Source of the DNA: a virus
Length of the DNA: 11,802 nucleotides
Reading direction: 5' to 3' (one strand)
UHGV virus genome: UHGV-0166849
This document shows, piece after piece, positions 6,163-11,802 of the stretch. Both the position numbers and the translations under genes were made by a program. The notes under the pieces were generated by a model. The model made no database searches and was not told the DNA's origin. It was given only the letters and a program-made list of their open reading frames with translations. Position 1 is the stretch's first letter, and each line of letters opens with the position of its first letter.

Positions 6163-6552
6163 GTGAAGCAATTTCTTGCTGCTATGTTCTTATTCATATC
6201 TTTTGGGGCTACAGCAGAGTGCTGGGTCGTTGGAGATATGCGCGGAATAAGCTATTCAGAACGAAATAATTTCCATCCGGAAGAAGATGGTTTTAGTGGA
6301 ACATTCATCATTAAGACAAGCGGTGAAGATGCCAGCATCACATATTCTGGGACAGATGCGGGCGGCATGGCTTACAAAGCATTGTCTAAAAACTCCATCA
6401 TAGGAATCGGCGCGAATGGCGAAACTCAACGCGTTATCGACTCATGGGTAATACATCCTACTGGAACAGTTTTAATGTCAAAAACCATTTCTGGTTATGG
6501 GAATATGGATTCAACCAAAGCTTTTGTTGGAAAAGTAAAAAGAAAATGTTAA
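6163..6552 (+). CDS. Hypothetical secreted/periplasmic protein (129-aa precursor) with Sec signal peptide
   Basis: Start re-called to the GTG at 6163, with SD AAGGAG (6151-6156) 6 nt upstream. N-terminus MKQFLAAMFLFISFGATA|ECW has an n-h-c signal-peptide layout with an A-x-A cleavage site. The predicted mature protein has one Cys at residue 2 and one as the C-terminal residue. No lipobox. Opposite orientation to the late operon, at the position P22 uses for sieA. Confidence 0.6.
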   Translation: MKQFLAAMFLFISFGATAECWVVGDMRGISYSERNNFHPEEDGFSGTFIIKTSGEDASITYSGTDAGGMAYKALSKNSIIGIGANGETQRVIDSWVIHPTGTVLMSKTISGYGNMDSTKAFVGKVKRKC

Positions 6553-6576
6553 CGATTGAATCCAATTCCCCATACG

Positions 6577-8418
6577 TTACTGCTGTGTTGCCTCAGTAGC
6601 AAGCAGCGGCCTGATGGCATTTGCAGCGTTACTCAACGCTCTTTCATAGGCTGGTGTTCCTGCTTTGGTGTTTGCCAGACGTAAGAGCGCATTCCTTGCT
6701 GCTTTGGACTCATACAAGCGCATCATTGCACCGAAACCAGCCTCAAGCCCCATTGATACGCCAAGAGTCGCAGTTGCGCCAATCGTCCTTATCCTGTTGG
6801 CTTGCGATTGCCCCGTCTGAGTTACTACATTTGCGGTGTCTGACCTTGCTGTTTGCTGCAGAACTTCATGAAGAGCATCAAGTTCTTTCATGTGCTTTCC
6901 AGAAAAAATAGTGTTGTAAATTTCACCGCCTGACTGAGATTTCAGCTTATTAACTTCAGTGATGAACTTGGCTGGAGAGTCACCGGCCTTTTCCGCTATT
7001 TTGCTGACGTAAGCTGCACGCATAGCATCTTTCCCTTTATCATCCAGTGCGCTCCAGATTCGTTTCACGTCAGATGGTTTTCTGCTTAATACAACGGTAT
7101 TTATAAGTTCAGGACTGGCTTCACTGCTTGCCTTGTTGAGTTTGTTAGCAATGTTTTTATTAAGCACCTTATTATAAACGTTTGCATAATCGGAATTTGC
7201 TTTAAGGTATTTTGCTGCGTCTGATGCACCGAGGTTTTTAGCAACTGCGTTACGAAGGTCTTTTGACATTGCATTCTCTACCATATTGGTAGCTGCTTTT
7301 GCCTGGTTGGGGAAGACCATAGCATCTCCCTGAACATTAGATCTAAATGCTGTTCTGTGCTGACGCAAGAGATCAAACGTAACATCCAAATCAGTTGCAG
7401 GGTTTGCTAATTCTTCACGTAGGTTACGCAAGGATGTAAGCAGGCTTTGATTGGCAGACGTCCCAAGTCGTTCCTGTCTTGCGATCGCTGTATTCAGAGC
7501 ATTCATGGTATTTGTGGTATCAACTGCGGCATTACCCATTTTATTGGTGACGTCATTGATAACAGCGCCAGCGGCATCCTTCCTCCCCCTTAACGTGGTG
7601 GTCAGAGATTTCACCACATCATCAGGGTTGTACTCACCAAAACGGTCAAAATAATTACTTACCAGCTTACTACGCGTTGCATATTGCTCCGCTCGCTTTG
7701 AGCCTGTCCCGAGCAAAGCCCCCTCGGCATCCTGAGTAAGGCCGCGAGTGAAAGCATTTTTCGGCGGGATAACATCAGATGTCATTGGTGTCACGCCCAT
7801 CGATTCTGATGTGGCAATTTTCTTCGCCACTTCTGGCGCAATATCACCTTTTATAGCCGTTATTCCACGCCCTATTCCCTTTGCTGCGGCGGAAAGAACA
7901 CCCTGAGCGGCAAGGTTAACTCCGGCATTTTTAGCTGCATTTTGTGCGAAATCGCCTTTCTGATTTGCGGCCTCTGCCAGTGATCCAATAGCCATGCTTC
8001 CTGCCGTTCCAACTCCTGGAACTAAATACCCACCAATTGTTTCACCGGCTTGTGCGTAGGGGTCTGTCGGTCTGTCTACTGGACGATAAACATCATCCAA
8101 AACCTTGGGTCCACCAAGCCCCTGACTGATTGCATTAATCAGACTTGCGCCACCCTGCAATACGTCAAATGGTATGTTTACCAGACCACGACCAGCCTGT
8201 TCTGCAATTTGCTCTGCACTTTGACCACCAGTGAGCCAATCGCCAGCTTGTTGCATCAATGATGGTTCTTCCCGTGTTGGTGCATTATTGGCCTGATTAA
8301 CTGTTTGTTGCTGAACAGCCTGACCAGCAAAATACTCATCAATGGCGGTGCCAATATCTTCGGTGCTCGTACCATCAGGAAAGGTAAATGTCTTACCGTT
8401 TGCAGTTACTTTCATCAT
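6577..8418 (-). CDS. Ejection (pilot) protein, P22 gp16-like (about 612 aa)
   Basis: ORF in track. Size and position (last gene of the gp7-gp20-gp16 series, immediately before the immI/accessory region) match P22 gene 16. Its start overlaps the gp20-like stop (ATGA). Confidence 0.8.
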   Translation of the reverse strand: MMKVTANGKTFTFPDGTSTEDIGTAIDEYFAGQAVQQQTVNQANNAPTREEPSLMQQAGDWLTGGQSAEQIAEQAGRGLVNIPFDVLQGGASLINAISQGLGGPKVLDDVYRPVDRPTDPYAQAGETIGGYLVPGVGTAGSMAIGSLAEAANQKGDFAQNAAKNAGVNLAAQGVLSAAAKGIGRGITAIKGDIAPEVAKKIATSESMGVTPMTSDVIPPKNAFTRGLTQDAEGALLGTGSKRAEQYATRSKLVSNYFDRFGEYNPDDVVKSLTTTLRGRKDAAGAVINDVTNKMGNAAVDTTNTMNALNTAIARQERLGTSANQSLLTSLRNLREELANPATDLDVTFDLLRQHRTAFRSNVQGDAMVFPNQAKAATNMVENAMSKDLRNAVAKNLGASDAAKYLKANSDYANVYNKVLNKNIANKLNKASSEASPELINTVVLSRKPSDVKRIWSALDDKGKDAMRAAYVSKIAEKAGDSPAKFITEVNKLKSQSGGEIYNTIFSGKHMKELDALHEVLQQTARSDTANVVTQTGQSQANRIRTIGATATLGVSMGLEAGFGAMMRLYESKAARNALLRLANTKAGTPAYERALSNAANAIRPLLATEATQQ

Positions 8419-9890
8419 TCCACCGTAAATTGAATGCCTGATTTTGAGGTATATGATCCGGATTGACTCTGCTGCTGTTGGGTATTTGTCGGTTGTTGGC
8501 TATTGCTCTGTTGTTGACTATTTGCAGCACTTGAAACCACCAAAGCATCATAAACGCGACCAGACTGACCACGTAATGAGTTATATTGGCCCTGCATTTT
8601 TCGCATTTTTGTTTCAGTAGCAGCCTTGGAATCACCGGGCTGAGGGAGGTACATTTTGGAATACTCCTGCATCTCTGGCAGAGTAATTGCTGCACCTGTT
8701 TCTGGGCGCAAAATTGCATACAAGGCGTCTCTCGCATTTACCATATATTGCTGCTCCGCTGGTGATAGGCTTAAATTTGCAATAGTTCCATCACCAAGAG
8801 AGCGATTTATTAATGCAACTCGCTTAGGGTCAATGCTTTTACTAAGCTGATTCATTGAGTCCATTGAATCTTTTAATCGCAAAGCAAATCCCGCCGCCTT
8901 CTTGGAACCCTCATTAGCCTTATCTATGATGCTTTGCGCTTGTGGCAAGCTAATTGGTTTAATGCCATCACCAGATATAGGTTGGTTTAGTTTTCCGGCT
9001 TCCTCGCTGCCATCGGTGTAATACTTAGTTACCGAGCCATCAGGATTGGTTTCAACCTTAAGTAATTTCTTAGCATTGGGATTAATTCCCGCCGCTGCCG
9101 CAAATGCCGCTGCACCATCTGGATCTACCTTTAACATTTGCGCGTACTGATTGTAATTCTGCATTGCGGCTGTTGGTGCATATGCTGACGTTAACGCATT
9201 TGCTCGGCTAATATCCTGCCCTCTCGCCTGAAGTGCTTCACCAGCCTGATTGCTGCGGATTGTCTCTGCCAGTCTGCCTCGGTCAATTTCACGACCAGCC
9301 ATCTTGTCCTGAACAGCAAACGCCTTTTCTGGTCCAAGCGCACCGAGAGACATAGTAGTCAGCATGTGTGATAGCTGCTCTGGATTCTGGATACCTGTCT
9401 GAATCATCCAGTCAGCATTCGCCCCCACGCGATTTAACCTGTCCTTGTTGTCAGTAATGAATTTACTGTAGGCTTCCGGTCCCTGAGAAAGAGCGACGTT
9501 AGCTCTCATGGCTAAATCGCCCATATCGTTGCGTTGCTGATCATTAAGACCTGAAAACGCCTGTTGTGCCTGTGCAACAAACGCTGGATTTTCCTGGGCA
9601 AACTTAAATAGTCCCGATGGATCACCAGAAGCCCATGCATCAGCATGAACCTTATTGAACGCACTAATCGCTTTCTGTTGCTGTTCCTGATTGTAAATAT
9701 CAGCAACTCCAGCCAGACCACGTAACGCGGTCAGACCAACGTTATTTGTACCTGAGCGAGCCAGTTCATTGTTTTCGCGGATCAGACCAAGCGTTGCGTT
9801 AATGTCGCTTGCCTTTGGCGCATTCTCATTTTGCGTACCGATGCCAGCCAGAAAACCACCAGAATTAATACCCTGTTGCCAATTAGCCAT
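8415..9890 (-). CDS. Ejection protein, P22 gp20-like (491 aa)
   Basis: ORF in track. Position between the gp7-like and gp16-like genes. Gln/Ala/Gly-rich. Size close to P22 gp20 (about 471 aa as I recall). Confidence 0.8.
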   Translation of the reverse strand: MANWQQGINSGGFLAGIGTQNENAPKASDINATLGLIRENNELARSGTNNVGLTALRGLAGVADIYNQEQQQKAISAFNKVHADAWASGDPSGLFKFAQENPAFVAQAQQAFSGLNDQQRNDMGDLAMRANVALSQGPEAYSKFITDNKDRLNRVGANADWMIQTGIQNPEQLSHMLTTMSLGALGPEKAFAVQDKMAGREIDRGRLAETIRSNQAGEALQARGQDISRANALTSAYAPTAAMQNYNQYAQMLKVDPDGAAAFAAAAGINPNAKKLLKVETNPDGSVTKYYTDGSEEAGKLNQPISGDGIKPISLPQAQSIIDKANEGSKKAAGFALRLKDSMDSMNQLSKSIDPKRVALINRSLGDGTIANLSLSPAEQQYMVNARDALYAILRPETGAAITLPEMQEYSKMYLPQPGDSKAATETKMRKMQGQYNSLRGQSGRVYDALVVSSAANSQQQSNSQQPTNTQQQQSQSGSYTSKSGIQFTVE

Positions 9891-9900
9891 TGATTACCCC

Positions 9901-10593
9901 TTAAAACAGCGAACCAAGCAGACCAAGACCAGCACCGATACCAGCACCCCACGGAGTTGATAGCTCGAGAGCACTGGCTATACCACCACCCAAAAGCGCA
10001 CCGGATGCAGCACCACTAACACCCTGCCGCAATGCTGACGGTCGGTTGGCGTTTGCCGCCGCCAGCGCCGCGCTTTGCTGTGAAATCTGACTCATGTTGT
10101 TGGCATATGTTTGCCCGGCGTTTGCCTGCCCCTGAAGAGCGCCAAGACCGATATTTGCCAGGTTGTTGTAATTGTTCATTTGTCCAGACAGCCATTGCTG
10201 ACCAAGCGTTGGTGCGATTGTTGCTAACTGATTACTGGTTGCGGTGGAACCCAATCCACCTGTTGCTTCCGCTGCCGCCAGACTCTGATAGCGAGCCTGA
10301 CCAGCAAGATCTTTGTACTGCTGAGAGTTGTAATACTGGTTAAGTGCCTGACCTTGCCCTTCCAGAGACGATAAGTTCTCAAGGCTGCCGACATACTTCC
10401 CAGCCAGAGGAGTAAACGGCTTCAGGTTGTTCATGATGGTGTTGAACTGCTGATTTTGCAGGTCTGCGGCATACTTCTGAGCTTCTGCGGCATACTTTGC
10501 ACTTTTATCAGAACTGCCACCTTTCCCGCCTTTTTCAGGGCAATAAGGTTCCTCGCCGCGCAGTTTTCTGCCCAGCTTAAATGCATATAACAT
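9901..10593 (-). CDS. Ejection protein, P22 gp7-like (230 aa)
   Basis: ORF in track. Size matches P22 gp7 (about 229 aa). N-terminus MLYAF.LGRKLRGEEP and a Gly/Ala-rich hydrophobic C-terminus. Separated by 2 nt from the upstream gp14-like stop. Confidence 0.8.
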   Translation of the reverse strand: MLYAFKLGRKLRGEEPYCPEKGGKGGSSDKSAKYAAEAQKYAADLQNQQFNTIMNNLKPFTPLAGKYVGSLENLSSLEGQGQALNQYYNSQQYKDLAGQARYQSLAAAEATGGLGSTATSNQLATIAPTLGQQWLSGQMNNYNNLANIGLGALQGQANAGQTYANNMSQISQQSAALAAANANRPSALRQGVSGAASGALLGGGIASALELSTPWGAGIGAGLGLLGSLF

Positions 10594-10595
10594 GG

Positions 10596-11051
10596 CTATC
10601 TCCCGTGATTCAGGAAGTCGATTAGTTCTTCGCGTGTGGCGCTGTAAAACGTCACGTCATCCACGCCTTTGAAGTATTTTTTGATGGTTCCTACACGATT
10701 AAGGCCAATCATTGCGCAGTACATCTGACCGTGGCGGAATTTGCGTGCAGCGAACGATGTGACGCACTGAACGGTGGTGTTAGTCAGAATGTATCGCCAG
10801 AACGCCAGCCCGATTTCCTTGCTGAATCCGCGAACCTCTGGCAGGTACATGGCGTGGCAATCGAATGTAAGCGGCTGAATCTCCTGGTAGTAAACAATGC
10901 CGCCAAACTGACCGTGCACGTTAACCTCAAAGTAACGGCATTCAGGCTTGTAGTCGTATCCATCACCGTTGTTGCTTCCAGCAATAATGTCAGGGTGATT
11001 TCCTACTGCTTCTATCAGGTCGATGTTTCGCGTTGGTTTGAATGTAATCAT
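10596..11051 (-). CDS. P22 gp14-like protein (151 aa), assigned by position
   Basis: ORF in track. Lies between the tail needle and gp7-like genes, as gene 14 does in P22. Its ATG overlaps the tail needle stop (ATGA at 11049-11053). Assignment is by synteny only. Confidence 0.6.
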   Translation of the reverse strand: MITFKPTRNIDLIEAVGNHPDIIAGSNNGDGYDYKPECRYFEVNVHGQFGGIVYYQEIQPLTFDCHAMYLPEVRGFSKEIGLAFWRYILTNTTVQCVTSFAARKFRHGQMYCAMIGLNRVGTIKKYFKGVDDVTFYSATREELIDFLNHGR

Positions 11052-11752
11052 CAGTCAATCAGCCCATGTAATCTAAGTGCTGTTTCAAGCGCCAGAATAC
11101 GCTGCCGCGCCTGCTGCAAACCTGTAGCGAGAGCTGCGACTTCGGATTGTGTGTACGTAGTGCCGACAGTGTATGACTGGTTAGCGTTGAATGAGCCAAG
11201 AAGTGGCGTACCTGTGGCTGCAGTCCATCCGGTATTTCTTGCTCCAACAACCTGAATTCCATCAACTGAATATGATGTTTTTACATCCAGCGGTGACGCA
11301 AGAGACTGCAATTCGGTTACGGTTTTCGATACGTAATCACTCTTAATGCCAGAGACATCGTTTTCTACGTCATCCAGTCTTTGGTCAACAGTGACCAGAT
11401 GCGCCTGAATATCGATAACCTCATCCAGCAAGTAATCAACATCGCTACGCAGTACGACTATCTTCCCTTCGGCAGTTGTTAACCTGACCTCAAGTAGATT
11501 TATCGCTTTTGTGTTTGCGGTGATTCTTGCGTCGTGATCAGCCAGTTCGACATCCTGTTCATCGTTTTTCACCTGTGCATCGTAAGCGCCCTGACCAGCC
11601 TGATTTGCCTTCCCGGCAATTGCGCCGACATCAGCCCCCTGATTAATGACATACAACAGGTAAGACTGGCTGAAGATATTGCGTGGAAGGATTGATGTAT
11701 CGAGCCGCGTCGCCTGCACAATAACAGGAGTGTTGAGATTCGAATCCGCCAT
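11051..11752 (-). CDS. Tail needle protein, P22 gp26-like (233 aa)
   Basis: ORF in track. N-terminus [73 protein letters not shown] closely matches my memory of P22 gp26. Identical length, heptad-rich middle, correct position. Confidence 0.85.
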   Translation of the reverse strand: MADSNLNTPVIVQATRLDTSILPRNIFSQSYLLYVINQGADVGAIAGKANQAGQGAYDAQVKNDEQDVELADHDARITANTKAINLLEVRLTTAEGKIVVLRSDVDYLLDEVIDIQAHLVTVDQRLDDVENDVSGIKSDYVSKTVTELQSLASPLDVKTSYSVDGIQVVGARNTGWTAATGTPLLGSFNANQSYTVGTTYTQSEVAALATGLQQARQRILALETALRLHGLID

Positions 11753-11755
11753 TAC

Positions 11756-11802
11756 TCAATCCTTATCTGAGCGCCAGAAAGAGTTACAGGTGACTTCGTG
11801 AT
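11756..11802 (-). CDS. 3' end of the upstream late gene (gp10-like), partial; continues beyond the window
   Basis: Minus-strand open frame ending ...HEVTCNSFWRSDKD with TGA at 11756-11758, 3 nt before the tail needle ATG. Assigned by P22 gene order (10-26-14-7-20-16). Too short to confirm. Confidence 0.35.
   Translation of the reverse strand, partial: HEVTCNSFWRSDKD

Noticed and set aside
6163-6552. Secreted protein as a lipoprotein or a PliC/MliC-type lysozyme inhibitor
   Set aside because: No lipobox (Cys is preceded by Glu, after an A-x-A site). I could not find convincing MliC/PliC signature motifs by eye. Left as an unknown exported protein.
6621-10343. ORFs 6621-6911(+), 7451-7654(+), 8050-8262(+), 8393-8737(-), 8656-8850(+), 9512-9721(-), 9769-9960(+), 10032-10343(+)
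   Set aside because: All are embedded in, or antisense to, the gp16-, gp20- and gp7-like CDSs. Typical shadow ORFs.
10731-11265. ORFs 10731-11255(+), 10784-10984(-), 11059-11265(-)
   Set aside because: Overlap the gp14-like and tail needle genes in other frames or on the other strand. No supporting signals.
1-11802. tRNA, attachment site, integrase, IS element or CRISPR array
   Set aside because: No cloverleaf-like tRNA, no repeat-spacer array, no transposase-like or integrase-like ORF, and no terminal inverted repeats were seen. The window appears to lie wholly inside the phage late/immI region.

Overview
This window reads as the right-hand end of a P22-like (Podoviridae-type) phage or prophage late region, with the late genes on the minus strand. 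From high to low coordinates: a partial gp10-like C-terminus, tail needle (gp26-like), gp14-like, the three ejection proteins (gp7-, gp20-, gp16-like), a mosaic accessory region (about 4784-6552) at the position where P22 carries sieA, the immI immunity module (mnt on +, arc and ant on -), and a 981-aa tailspike. The tailspike has a P22-type head-binding N-terminus fused to a sialidase-like domain (two Asp-box motifs) and a C-terminal auto-cleaving chaperone-like domain, which I recall as the architecture of K1-capsule-specific endosialidase tailspikes (CUS-3-like prophage of E. coli K1). The most interesting unexplained content is (a) a cluster of three small genes between gp16 and the mnt operon: a ~59-aa protein, a ~121-aa HExxH mini-metallopeptidase-like protein and a ~129-aa signal-peptide protein; (b) an extra 73-aa ORF between arc and ant, translationally coupled to arc; (c) an acidic 90-aa ORF translationally coupled to mnt; and (d) a candidate sar-like antisense RNA opposite the ant start. 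No tRNA, rRNA, CRISPR array, IS element or integrase was found. All homology statements rest on motif recognition and remembered P22 sequences and gene order, not on a database search.
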